A DNA stretch of 64,000 nt from the NCBI GenBank assembly GCA_963801815.1, contig CAWDGJ010000003.1:416001-480000 (forward strand). Direction: 5' to 3'. Below are positions 11,325-23,027 of this stretch, in pieces; the first letter of the stretch is position 1; the number at the start of each line of letters is the position of its first letter. The DNA is from an uncultured Verrucomicrobiae bacterium (GTDB lineage: Bacteria; Verrucomicrobiota; Verrucomicrobiia; Chthoniobacterales; UBA10450). The position numbers and the translations under genes are program-made. The notes beneath the pieces are model-generated. The model ran no database searches, was not told where the DNA came from, and worked only from the letters and a program-made list of their open reading frames with translations.

Positions 11325-12011
11325 ATGCTAAGCGCCATCATCGTCGCCGCCGGCAGCAGCGAACGAATGGGTTTCGACAAACTGTTCGCCCTTGTCAGCG
11401 GGAGACCGGTGATCGCGCACACTATCGCGGCCTTTGAGAGCACCACGTGCGTTGATGAAATCATTTTGGTTGGGCGCGCCGAGAGTCTTGGCGAATTAGG
11501 GAAAACCATCGGCAACCCCACGAAAGTGAAGCAAATCGTCGCAGGCGGCGCAGAACGCAGCGATTCTGTTCGCGCCGGTCTCGATCATGTCGATCCTAAA
11601 TCCGATTTCGTCGCGGTGCACGACGCCGCGCGACCGATGATCACTCCCGAAAAAATCACGCGCGTGTTTGAAGCCGCCCGGACAAACAGCGCGGCCACGC
11701 TGGCCGAGCCGATCAACGACACGCTTAAACGCGTGGATGTCGATCTTGTTGTCACCGGCCCGGTGGACCGCAACGGAGTTTATGCGATGCAAACGCCGCA
11801 GGTGTTTGAGAAAAAATTACTCGAGGAGGCGTACGATCTGGTGGCGAAGAAGAAAATCTCGGTCACTGACGAAGTTTCGGCGGTCGAGCTTCTTGGTCGT
11901 AAAATCGTTCTGGTTCCAAACCACGATTTCAATTTCAAAATCACCTATCCGCGCGATCTGCCACTGGCCGAATTCGTTTTGAAACAACGCGCGGCGGCCA
12001 CGCGCCGTTAA
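11325..12011 (+). CDS. ispD: 2-C-methyl-D-erythritol 4-phosphate cytidylyltransferase
   Basis: AAGSSERMG, VHDAARP, QTPQ and KITYPRDL motifs. Confidence 0.95.
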   Translation: MLSAIIVAAGSSERMGFDKLFALVSGRPVIAHTIAAFESTTCVDEIILVGRAESLGELGKTIGNPTKVKQIVAGGAERSDSVRAGLDHVDPKSDFVAVHDAARPMITPEKITRVFEAARTNSAATLAEPINDTLKRVDVDLVVTGPVDRNGVYAMQTPQVFEKKLLEEAYDLVAKKKISVTDEVSAVELLGRKIVLVPNHDFNFKITYPRDLPLAEFVLKQRAAATRR

Positions 12012-12065
12012 CCGACAGTCGGGCGAACAATCGAGATTCACTGCATCCGCAGAGATGATTCCGCG

Positions 12066-13058
12066 CTAAGTCAGCATCGGATCGATTGGGACAAGCGGGC
12101 GAATCAGCTCGACGATCGCGGGGATGTCCTTGGATTTGAACGGGCGGCCGTGGCGTTTCACTTTTGTGTTCTCTAATTCACTGACGCGCAAAACTTTTCC
12201 GTGTTTCCAGATCCAGGCATCGGGATTGTAGGGACCGACTCGGCGCGGATTGGTCCAGGTGTGGATCGACAGCAAGCGATCGTTCACTGCCGCCGCGATG
12301 TGCATCGGCCCGCTATCAACACTGATGACGAACTTCGCGACGCGAATTAGCCGGATTAATTGCAGCAGCGAAGTCTGGTTGGTGAGCTCAACGCAATTTT
12401 CGGCAACCTCAGCGACATCGATCTGGCGATTTGTTTTTCCAACGACGACAACGCGCGTCGGGGCGAATGCGAGGCAGATTTCTTCGATGACACGGTTCGT
12501 TAGCGATTTTCCGCTTCCGCGCGCAAACGGGTGCAACAAGATGAATGGCGGATATTCATCGAACCGTGGCAACGCGTCGCCAGTGGGAAGCGGACAGCGA
12601 AGCGCATCGCCAATTCTTGCACCGACTAGCTCAGCGAGCTTGAGATATCGCTCGACCGCGTGTTCGCGGCGATTCACTTTGGCGGTCTTGCTGTAAAAGA
12701 ACCGCGAGCCTTCGCGTCCATCGCTCATTCCGTAAACTTCTTTCGCGCCGCTCATTCGCGCGATGAACGCGCTGCGCAATAGTCCCTGAAAATCGAGGGC
12801 AAGATCGGGCTTTAGTTTTCGAGTCTCCTTGAGCCAGGGCCCGAATCGGGCCGGCGCGCCGAGTCCGCTGAAATCGCGCCGCGGAAAGACGTGAATATGG
12901 TTCACGTCCGAATTTCCACGAAGCAATGGCGTGAATTCCGGGTTCATTACCCACGTGATCCGCGCTTTCGGATGCGCTTCGCGGATGGCTGCTACCGCTG
13001 GCAAGGTGTGAACGATGTCGCCGAGCGAACTGGGTTTAATGACTAGAATCGAGTTCAC
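12066..13058 (-). CDS. Glycosyltransferase family 9 (LPS heptosyltransferase-like)
   Basis: KPSSLGDIVH, DFQGLLRSA and DSGPMHIAAA motifs. Confidence 0.92.
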   Translation of the reverse strand: MNSILVIKPSSLGDIVHTLPAVAAIREAHPKARITWVMNPEFTPLLRGNSDVNHIHVFPRRDFSGLGAPARFGPWLKETRKLKPDLALDFQGLLRSAFIARMSGAKEVYGMSDGREGSRFFYSKTAKVNRREHAVERYLKLAELVGARIGDALRCPLPTGDALPRFDEYPPFILLHPFARGSGKSLTNRVIEEICLAFAPTRVVVVGKTNRQIDVAEVAENCVELTNQTSLLQLIRLIRVAKFVISVDSGPMHIAAAVNDRLLSIHTWTNPRRVGPYNPDAWIWKHGKVLRVSELENTKVKRHGRPFKSKDIPAIVELIRPLVPIDPMLT

Positions 13059-13063
13059 AATTG

Positions 13064-13169
13064 CACGACGAGGGTCACGAAGAGCACGAAGGTTAAATCA
13101 GACGATAAAAAACTGAAGGGAATTCGGGGATTTCTTTCTCGTCACACGTCGCCTGTCACTCATCACTTA
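13064..13169. repeat. 9-nt CACGAAGAG array plus heptamer TCGTCAC-type array
   Basis: cacgacgagggtcacgaagagcacgaagg ... tcgtcacacgtcgcctgtcactcatcactta. Confidence 0.65.
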
Positions 13170-13892
13170 TCTTCCAATGGCAAGCCGTTCGGCCAATAAG
13201 CGTGGCAGGCCCGCGTCGATAATTTTCTTCTGCGCAGTAGCAACATCGTATTTGAGCCGGCGTTGTTCGACTACGTTGCTCTCGACGTCATAAATGCAAT
13301 ACGCGGCATGCCAATCGCCGTCGCGCGGCTGGCCCACACTGCCAACATTGATGAAATATTTTTTGCCAACGTCGATCCTCAGTTTGTCGAATTGCTGACG
13401 CTGCACGCCGTCCTCACCTCGGGTGAACACCATTGGCACGTGGGTATGCCCGAAAAAGCAAACCGTTGTCTGCTGAAAGGTGAAACTCGCGGCGGCGTCG
13501 AGGTTGTTAAAGACGTAGTCCCATTGCTCCGGCGCATCGAGCGTGGCGTGCACGATGGTGAAATCGCGCACCTGGCGTTTTAATTTCAGGTCGCGCAGCC
13601 ATTGTTTGTCTTCGTCGGTCAAATGGTCGCGCGTCCACTGGATCGCGGCTTCGGCCATTTCGTTGAAATCACGGGACGATTCAACGAGCGACGCCTGTTC
13701 GTCGTGATTGCCTTTAACGGTTGGGCAATCCATTTCCCGCACACGCTCAACGCACTCGTGCGGATTTGCGTTGTAACCGACGACGTCACCGAGGCACACG
13801 AAGTCGGTGCATTTGTTGTCGTGCGCGTCGGCCAGCACGGCATCAAACGCCTCGAGATTGGCATGAATGTCACTGATAATCGCAAAGCGCAT
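13167..13892 (-). CDS. Metallophosphoesterase family protein
   Basis: SDIHAN, GDVVGY, GNHD, GHTH and GSVGQPRDG motifs. Confidence 0.93.
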   Translation of the reverse strand: MRFAIISDIHANLEAFDAVLADAHDNKCTDFVCLGDVVGYNANPHECVERVREMDCPTVKGNHDEQASLVESSRDFNEMAEAAIQWTRDHLTDEDKQWLRDLKLKRQVRDFTIVHATLDAPEQWDYVFNNLDAAASFTFQQTTVCFFGHTHVPMVFTRGEDGVQRQQFDKLRIDVGKKYFINVGSVGQPRDGDWHAAYCIYDVESNVVEQRRLKYDVATAQKKIIDAGLPRLLAERLAIGR

Positions 13893-13895
13893 CGA

Positions 13896-13977
13896 TTAAG
13901 AGACGTTAAAAGGGTTACAACGTTACAAGGTTAAAACGGCAACACAATTCAACGATGTAGCGATGTAACTATTTAAC
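13896..13977. repeat. 8-nt GTTACAAG/TGTAAC inverted array
   Basis: gttaaaagggttacaacgttacaaggttaaa ... ttcaacgatgtagcgatgtaactatttaac. Confidence 0.7.
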
Positions 13978-14727
13978 CAGGTCCGGAATGCGTTGGTTCG
14001 GCGGGATATTCAGTTTGGCTTCGAGATATTTCAGGCGGTTGACGAGCATCGGCAGATGTTCGCTTTCGCTTTCGTCGTATAGCCGGCGCAATTGGATGTA
14101 GGCCTGCGCTTCCCAACCTTGGCAATACGAGAGCTCGTAGGCAGAAAACCGCCGGTCGTAATTCGGCGCGCCCGGACAGTCCGCCGCTTTCCGGAAAAAT
14201 TCCGATGCGCGCGCGTGGTCGTCGTATTTGTCGCGATAAAGTCGAGCGAGCGATTCGTAGAGTCTCGGATCCTTTGGATTATTTTTGATCCCGCGTTCGA
14301 GGAAGTCTTTGCCGATCGCGAAATAATCGCGTTGCGCTTTCACACGCAAAGCCTGGCGCGGCTGAGACGGGTCGTTCAAGGCGGCCGCGCTGGCGTTCCA
14401 GGCCATGTGCCACGCCGCCATGTCCCAGAAAAGGGGAACGTGCGGTTGTAACGCCGTGACTTGGCGAAACAAAAACAAGACGCGGCCCCATTCCGTCCGC
14501 TGCCAGGCCACGTGCGCTTGAACAAACAAAAGGTCCGCCAGCATCGCGCGAAATCCGCTCAGCGCGGCCACGAAACCGACCTGTCCGATCTTTTCGCGCA
14601 GATTGAGATTGGATTCCGCATCCGCGAAACGTGATTGTCGATGTTCGAGAGTGAGCGCACGTTCTGCCGGCAATTTCAAAACGCCGAAGATGAGGATCGT
14701 TGTGAGGGCAAGGAGTGCGCGGGTCAT
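13969..14727 (-). CDS. TPR-like protein associated with ABC transporter
   Basis: N-terminal anchor, AAWHMAWN and LERGIKNNP helical repeats; overlaps the permease stop. Confidence 0.7.
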   Translation of the reverse strand: MTRALLALTTILIFGVLKLPAERALTLEHRQSRFADAESNLNLREKIGQVGFVAALSGFRAMLADLLFVQAHVAWQRTEWGRVLFLFRQVTALQPHVPLFWDMAAWHMAWNASAAALNDPSQPRQALRVKAQRDYFAIGKDFLERGIKNNPKDPRLYESLARLYRDKYDDHARASEFFRKAADCPGAPNYDRRFSAYELSYCQGWEAQAYIQLRRLYDESESEHLPMLVNRLKYLEAKLNIPPNQRIPDLVK

Positions 14728-15626
14728 AATTCTTTGCCGGAGAAAATGAACATTGCCGCCACTGTGTAGATCACGATGTAAACAATCCCGAGCAACCCTA
14801 TTCTGGTGAAGATTGCCATCGGGATCACCGCGCCGGCGACAATGTCATCGACGAGATTGAACGCTTGCAGGTCGGGAAAAATCAGCGCGATCAGTGCTAA
14901 AAATCCGCGGGTCATCCAATTTGCCTGCGGTTGTTGCAGCCAATATTCGCGCGCGATCGGCTGCAAATGACCGATGAAATAAACGAACACCATCACCACG
15001 ATGGTAAAAATGTTCGTCGTCGCGAAGGTTGAAACAAGGAGCGTCAGCGCCGCGAGTAAACACCCTTTCAAGAAGATCACCGCGACGCCAATGAAGAGAT
15101 TGCTGGTAAGACCGGAGGCGCGAATGGCGTTCAACGCATCATCGAGTTGTCCGGGCGGCGCGCTGTTCATTTGGCGAACGGTGTCGTTGAGCACGGTTTC
15201 TTCGCGAAAATAGAGGACGGCTGCAAACAGCAGAGTCATCACCGCAATGCTGATCGCGAGAAGAAGCAGAACGCCGCAAAGTTTACCGAGAATGTATTCA
15301 AACCGGGGCACCGGCTTCGCCAAAATCGTGTAAATTGTCCGGTCCTCGATGTCCTGAGGAATGAGGCGCGCGGCCGCAACGATCGCGAGTATTGAACTAA
15401 AGATCGACATCGCCCCAAGCGATACGTCTTTCAAGATTTGGAATTCCTCTTGGAACGTGAATCTCGCCATAAAAACCGAGCTCCCAATCAGGATCAGCGC
15501 AAAAATCATCAAGACGTAGAAAACCCTTTGGCGTGTTAGTTCCGTCAACGTGTTGGTGGCGATCGCCAGCACGCGCCGGGGCGAAAATTTCCGATACCCA
15601 GTCTTTGTGGCATTTCGTTTGGTCAT
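14724..15626 (-). CDS. ABC-2 type transporter permease
   Basis: Multiple TM helices and the RTIYTILAKPVPRFEYILGK motif. Confidence 0.88.
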   Translation of the reverse strand: MTKRNATKTGYRKFSPRRVLAIATNTLTELTRQRVFYVLMIFALILIGSSVFMARFTFQEEFQILKDVSLGAMSIFSSILAIVAAARLIPQDIEDRTIYTILAKPVPRFEYILGKLCGVLLLLAISIAVMTLLFAAVLYFREETVLNDTVRQMNSAPPGQLDDALNAIRASGLTSNLFIGVAVIFLKGCLLAALTLLVSTFATTNIFTIVVMVFVYFIGHLQPIAREYWLQQPQANWMTRGFLALIALIFPDLQAFNLVDDIVAGAVIPMAIFTRIGLLGIVYIVIYTVAAMFIFSGKEL

Positions 15627-16477
15627 TTCGATTCCTGGCCAGAGGTAGCGTCGAGAAATAATCGTTCGAGGGTCGTTGCGGATTTCCGGCGCTCGATCAC
15701 CTTCGTCTTCGACTTGGCCGCGAGTTTTTCGATGTCCTTTATCAGTTTGTCGGGCGCGCTTTCCAGGACGAGTTCCGTCCGGTCCTCAATCGCGAGCAAT
15801 TCTTCGAGATGTCCTTCGCGAACCAGCGTACCTTTCGCGAGGATGCCGACGCGATCGCAAATTTCCTGCACTTGTCCGAGCAGATGCGAAGAGAGTAGTA
15901 CTGTCACGCCACGCTTTTTAAGATCGACAATGAGATTGCGAATATCGCGCGAGCCAGCTGGGTCAACGCCGGCGGTCGGTTCGTCGAGCACGATGAGGGC
16001 CGGTTCGTTGATCAACGCCTGCGCCAAACCAATTCGCTGCAACATCCCTTTGGAATACGTGCTAAGTCGTTGGTTTCGAGCATCGGTTAAGCCGACCAGG
16101 TCGAGCAGTTCCTGAACCCGGTCCTTCAAGTCCGAACCGCGCAATCCGCAAAGTTTGCCGAAGAATCGAAGCGTCTCCGCGCCGGTGAGGAATTTGTAGA
16201 AATACGGGTTCTCGGGGAGAAACCCGACCGATTCGTGCGTTGCGACTTCGGAGCTGTTGCTTCCGAAGATTTGTGTTCGTCCGCTGGTCGGCGAAACGAT
16301 ACCGAGAATCATTTTGAGCGTCGTGCTTTTGCCCGAACCATTTGGTCCAAGCAATCCGTAAACTTCGCCGGTCTCGACGCGCAGATTCAGATCGCGCACG
16401 GCAGTGATTGACTGTTTGCGAAACGGAATTCGAAAGACCTTCGTCAGACCTTCGACCGAGACCGCAAGGTCAGTCAT
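15623..16477 (-). CDS. ABC transporter ATP-binding protein
   Basis: GPNGSGKST, YSKGM and LDEPT motifs. Confidence 0.95.
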   Translation of the reverse strand: MTDLAVSVEGLTKVFRIPFRKQSITAVRDLNLRVETGEVYGLLGPNGSGKSTTLKMILGIVSPTSGRTQIFGSNSSEVATHESVGFLPENPYFYKFLTGAETLRFFGKLCGLRGSDLKDRVQELLDLVGLTDARNQRLSTYSKGMLQRIGLAQALINEPALIVLDEPTAGVDPAGSRDIRNLIVDLKKRGVTVLLSSHLLGQVQEICDRVGILAKGTLVREGHLEELLAIEDRTELVLESAPDKLIKDIEKLAAKSKTKVIERRKSATTLERLFLDATSGQESK

Positions 16478-16745
16478 GGCGAATGTCGAAACCGCGGGCC
16501 CGCACCGGTTCAGCGAGGGCCGCGCGTAATTGTTTGTCGATGTGCGAACGTAGTTCGCTTTCCATCACCGAATCCAGGAACGCGAAAACTTCGCTTTCGA
16601 TGCCGGCAACCTGAAGTTCGACGCGACCGTCAGGAAGATTTCGCACCCAGCCGATTACATCAAAGCCTTTGGCAATTTGCCGGATCGTCCATCGAAACCC
16701 AACGCCCTGGACATTGCCCTCGTAAAAAACCTGGAGCGAGATCAT
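16470..16745 (-). CDS. acyP: Acylphosphatase
   Basis: GNVQGVGFR and GWVRNLPDGRVE motifs. Confidence 0.93.
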   Translation of the reverse strand: MISLQVFYEGNVQGVGFRWTIRQIAKGFDVIGWVRNLPDGRVELQVAGIESEVFAFLDSVMESELRSHIDKQLRAALAEPVRARGFDIRHD

Positions 16746-16805
16746 GCGAAAGGGGACTCATCTTAAACAGAATGGCGCGCGCGCGAAAAGTCTAATGCGC
16801 GCAGG

Positions 16806-17263
16806 CTATTTGTACGAATACACGAGGCAAACGCTGCCCTCGTTGCCTTCGACCAACTCGACCATCACGTAATATTGACCGCTGCTGGTCGGCGAGAATC
16901 CGGCGGCCGCTTTTTCGCCTTCGTTGTAGTTTTCCGTCTCCACCAGCTTGCCGGTTTCGTCGTAAACGCTGACCGCAAGTTTCTTTGCGGCATCGGTCGC
17001 GCCGACTGAAAACCAATACTGGTTTCCGGCGTAGAGATTTACCGCAACCAACACGTGGTCGTGTGGCTTGATGGTTCCCGACCAGTGGCCGTCGCGCATT
17101 TTGAACCCTTCGTTCGAAAACGCACCGGCCAAATCGAGCGCAGCCTTGCGCGCGTTAACTTCGGAATCGCTTTCCGGCGCGGCGAACGCGGTCGCTCCCG
17201 CCAAAATCATTGCGAGGAAGATCGATCCGCTTACGCGCAAGGCTCCGGCGTGACAGGGCCACT

Positions 17264-17267
<4 letters not shown>
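16806..17267 (-). CDS. Secreted hypothetical protein (beta-sandwich, PPC-like)
   Basis: Signal peptide ending AFA; coupled to the upstream gene by a 4-nt overlap. Confidence 0.7.
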
Positions 17268-19554
<2,287 letters not shown>

Positions 19555-19556
19555 AC

Positions 19557-19617
19557 TGGAGGGACGACCTCCGTGTCGTCCATTTTCCTTGAGGACGGGA
19601 CGGAGCCCGTCCCTCCA
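19557..19617. repeat. GGAG-type REP doublet
   Basis: tggagggacgacctccgtgtcgtcc ... ggacgggacggagcccgtccctcca. The first 25 nt are identical at 49152. Confidence 0.85.
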
Positions 19618-19672
19618 CTTTTCAGAACGAACTTGGTGACAAAGCGATTTACGGCGGTAATGTCCGCTGAAA

Positions 19673-20032
19673 GTGGATTACACAGATTTCCGCGCGCGAC
19701 GCGAAGCTTCCGTTTGGCAGCGTTGGAATCGTGTCCTTCTGACGCTTCTTTTTCTCGCGGCCTGGCTCGTGATCGTGAGTCTCTTCGTCCCGCCCTACAA
19801 AAAGCTGAAACTCGGCCACGAAGACATCGATAAGCTTCAGGCCCAACGCGACGAGCAACAGATGTTGCTCGCCAAGCAAACGCGCGAAGTAAATCTCCTC
19901 AAGACCGATCCCGTTTACCTGGAAACGATCGCGCGCGATCGTCTTGATCTAATGAAAGACGGCGAAACCATTTTCCGAATCGAGTCCGCCGCTGCGCAAG
20001 CCGACAAGCGCAAAGAGTCCGCGCGGCGGTAA
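19673..20032 (+). CDS. ftsB: Septum formation initiator FtsB/DivIC
   Basis: One TM helix, coiled coil and IARDRLDLMKDGE motif; downstream of eno. Confidence 0.85.
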   Translation: MDYTDFRARREASVWQRWNRVLLTLLFLAAWLVIVSLFVPPYKKLKLGHEDIDKLQAQRDEQQMLLAKQTREVNLLKTDPVYLETIARDRLDLMKDGETIFRIESAAAQADKRKESARR

Positions 20033-20171
20033 TTCTGGGGAGCGCACGCGCCTCGCGTGCTCATTTCGGCGCCCTCGCCGAAATGCTCTTTTACAAACGC
20101 AGACGGGATCAGAAAAGTTCCCGATGGCGAGGCGCCATCGACAGCACGCGAGGCGCGTGCGCTCCCCAGAA
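20033..20171. repeat. REPIN-like palindrome with perfect 29-bp terminal inverted repeats
   Basis: ttctggggagcgcacgcgcctcgcgtgct ... agcacgcgaggcgcgtgcgctccccagaa, with internal hairpins. Confidence 0.9.
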
Positions 20172-20174
20172 GAG

Positions 20175-20240
20175 TCCGATTTTGAGCTTTGGTTATTCGG
20201 ATTTGTTTCGATATTCGACATTCGGATTTCGGATTTCGAG
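20175..20240. repeat. Half copy of the TCGAAACAA heptamer family
   Basis: ttgtttcgatattcgacattcggatttcggatttcgag is the reverse complement of the arms near 25325 and 38105. Confidence 0.8.
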
Positions 20241-20279
20241 AGTGCATGACAAAATAGCGTCCGCGATTATCTTGCCCCC

Positions 20280-21417
20280 ATGCCTACAGAAACCACCGTT
20301 GACGCCGAAGATTTGAAATCGCGCGTGCGCGAGCTGCGGAGGTTTCTTTGACCTGCCCAAATTGCAGGAAAAGCTGACCGCGCTCGAAGCGCGGATGGCA
20401 GCGCCCGATTTTTGGAACAATCGCGAGCGCGCCCAGACCGATGTCGATGAAGTCTCGCGTCTGCGCTCGTTGATCAATCCTTTCCACGAGCTCGAACGTG
20501 AGATCGAAGACTTCGACGCGCTCCACCAACTCGCCGCCGAAGAGAAGAATGACGCGCACCGCGCACAGGCCGAGCGCGAAGTCGCTACTGAGCACGATCG
20601 TCTAGCTCACAAACTCGAGGAATTTGAGCTGCGCCAGTTTCTTTCCGGCGAGAGCGATCGCAACAACGCGTTTCTCACCATTCATTCCGGCGCCGGCGGC
20701 ACCGAATCGTGCGATTGGGCCGACATGCTCCTGCGCATGTATCAGCGCTGGATCGAGCGAAGCGGTTTGAAGTCGCAGATTGTAGATGTCCAGACCGGCG
20801 AAGAAGTCGGGATCAAATCGGTGACGCTGCTCGTGAGCGGCGAATACGCTTACGGTTATCTCCAAACCGAGCGCGGCGTGCATCGCCTGGTGCGGATTTC
20901 ACCATTCGATGCCAACAAACGCCGGCACACTTCGTTCTCCAGCGTCGATGTTGTTCCCGAGATCGCCGACACCGCGCCGGTCGAAGTCAATCCGGCCGAT
21001 CTCGAGATCGACACCTTCCGCAGCGGCGGCAAAGGCGGCCAAAACGTGAACAAAGTCGAAACCGCCGTTCGCATTTTGCACAAGCCGACCGGCATCGTGG
21101 TCGCGTGTCAGGCGGAACGCAGTCAGGGACGCAACCGCGAGCTCGCGCTCAAAATGTTGAAAGCGAAACTTTACCAAATCGAGCAGGACAAGAAACGCGC
21201 CGAGATCGACCGGCAATACGGCGAGAAAGGCGATATTGCATGGGGCAATCAAATTCGTTCCTACGTTTTTCAGCCGTATCAAATGGTCAAAGACCATCGC
21301 ACCGGCGCCGAGACCAGCAACGTCCAGGAAGTCATGGATGGCAAGATCGACAACTTCATCCAAGCAAAGCTTCGGGGGCAGAAAGCAGCGAAGGGTGAGA
21401 AGAGCGATGAAATTTAG
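20280..21417 (+). CDS. prfB: Peptide chain release factor 2 with programmed +1 frameshift
   Basis: MPTETT...RRFL, then CTT TGA C at 20346-20352; SPF and GGQ motifs. Confidence 0.96.
20336..20352 (+). promoter_or_regulatory. RF2 autoregulatory +1 frameshift site
   Basis: gcggaggtttctttgac: internal SD-like GGAGG followed by CTT TGA C. Confidence 0.93.
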
Positions 21418-21466
21418 ATTCAATAAATATTCGACCTCTGTTGCGATTTTTATTTAATTCTCGCCG

Positions 21467-21910
21467 ATGACCCTCCGGAGCTTTGGAAAACAAATTCTGG
21501 GAACTGTCATAGCAGTCGTCGCTGGCTGGCTGGGCTCGATCCTCGTGCTGAACGTCCACGCGTTTATTCAGATGATTCAAGAAGGGCACGTCGACTGGGA
21601 GTTGATTCTAGGCGGGTCACTCTTAACGAGTGCGTTCATGGCATATTTTATTATCCCAATCTGGCTTCTCGTCTTGATTCCCTTGTATCTATTTGTGCCT
21701 TCCTCTTCAGTTCTGTGGTGCTGGCCGGTTTGTACTGCTTGTGGTGCTATTGCTGGCGCGATAATCGTTAGCATCGCATTTGGCGGACTGCCGGGCTTAG
21801 GAAGAATTGCTACCGAGGCTTGGCCATTTCCTGTTATCGCCGCTGTCGTTGGTGGTATCGCTTGTTTGGTTGGTTCTCTGACGCGACAGCGCTTCAAGCA
21901 AACAAGCTGA
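21467..21910 (+). CDS. Hypothetical membrane protein (about 4 TM)
   Basis: Hydrophobic ORF, visibly more AT-rich than its neighbours. Confidence 0.65.
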   Translation: MTLRSFGKQILGTVIAVVAGWLGSILVLNVHAFIQMIQEGHVDWELILGGSLLTSAFMAYFIIPIWLLVLIPLYLFVPSSSVLWCWPVCTACGAIAGAIIVSIAFGGLPGLGRIATEAWPFPVIAAVVGGIACLVGSLTRQRFKQTS

Positions 21911-21940
21911 GTAAGTCACCGCCTCGGCTGCTCAGTGCAT

Positions 21941-22118
21941 TGTCATTCCGAGCGTAGTCGAGAAATCTTTAAATATTTCTGTTTTAGATTCGCCGGTCAG
22001 CACGGAAACATCTAGAGATGTCTCGGCGTTGCTCGACATGACAGAACGCGTTGTAGAGGCGCTTGCTCTCAAGCGCCTGTCTATTTAGTTCGGTGCTTGA
22101 GAACAAACACCGCTACAA
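21941..22118. repeat. Composite of TGTCAT...ATGACA doublet (21941-22043) and TTGTAG...CTACAA doublet (22051-22118)
   Basis: Close homolog at 39030-39208; the CTACAA end supplies the SprT stop codon. Confidence 0.88.
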
Positions 22119-22961
22119 TTTCCCCGTGAGTTTGAGCCGAAAGCGCGGATCGAAGTCTCCGCCGTTATGTTTTCGACAACACGCCAGACACGCGATCGCG
22201 CGGCGAATTTTGCGTACCCGCGGAAATTCTTCTTTGCAATTCGGGCAACGATAAACGTAGCGCCGTGAGTAAGCTTTCGTCACGAACGGCAGATTGTGAC
22301 AGCGCGCTTCGTCCGCGATTCCCAAATCGCGACACGCTTGTCGCCATTCGATTCCGTGCGGCGCGATCCGGCGTCGCCCAACTCGCCATTGCGCGAGCAA
22401 ATGCGCCAACTCGTGCCGCAACGTGCGACCGACCTCTTGGTAAGCCGCCGCGCGCGACTCGCTTTTCGTCAGAGACCCTTGAGCAACGCTTGTTAAACTT
22501 GACTGCTTAAAGCAGTCAAGTTTGCGGTCACCGTTGGATTTGGTCTCGGCTTTGTTAGCCGCCAGTCCGGCTCGGACATCGAGCAGCAGGGGATTCAACG
22601 AAACTAGTCTTTCGCGATAATCCGCGCGGCCGGCGCAAGTTTTCAGTCGCGGATTCCATTCTACGCGAACTTCGCGCGCGAGCTTTTCCGCGCCGAGCGC
22701 GCGTAACAGTTTACGTGCTTGTAATTCGAGCGCGTGATCGCGCCCTTTCAGGGGGATCGGCGTCTCCGAAGGTGCCAGGCCGGCTCGGACCGATGGTGAA
22801 AAAGGCAGGGTCAGCGCGCCGCGCCGACTGCGGTCATCGCACCGCAGTGACCCTACCAACGCGCTCGGAGATGCGAGCCGCACTGGCCTTTGCGTTCCAC
22901 CTTCAAAGATGAACTCAAGCTGCTGATCTAACCAATTGTCATGTTGAGCGAAGCGAAACAT
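22113..22961 (-). CDS. SprT-like zinc metalloprotease with several repeat-derived in-frame insertions; start uncertain
   Basis: WNPRLKTCAG, HELAH, HGIEW and CPNC..CLAC motifs. Confidence 0.85.
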   Translation of the reverse strand: MFRFAQHDNWLDQQLEFIFEGGTQRPVRLASPSALVGSLRCDDRSRRGALTLPFSPSVRAGLAPSETPIPLKGRDHALELQARKLLRALGAEKLAREVRVEWNPRLKTCAGRADYRERLVSLNPLLLDVRAGLAANKAETKSNGDRKLDCFKQSSLTSVAQGSLTKSESRAAAYQEVGRTLRHELAHLLAQWRVGRRRIAPHGIEWRQACRDLGIADEARCHNLPFVTKAYSRRYVYRCPNCKEEFPRVRKIRRAIACLACCRKHNGGDFDPRFRLKLTGKL

Positions 22962-23019
22962 CTCTGACTCAGTCCGGACAGAAATAATCAGAGATCCTTC
23001 ACTGCGTTCAGGATGACAA
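22936..23019. repeat. TGTCAT...ATGACA REP-like doublet
   Basis: ttgtcatgttgagcgaagcgaaacatctctg ... cagagatccttcactgcgttcaggatgacaa. Confidence 0.85.
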
Positions 23020-23027
23020 CGAAAAAT

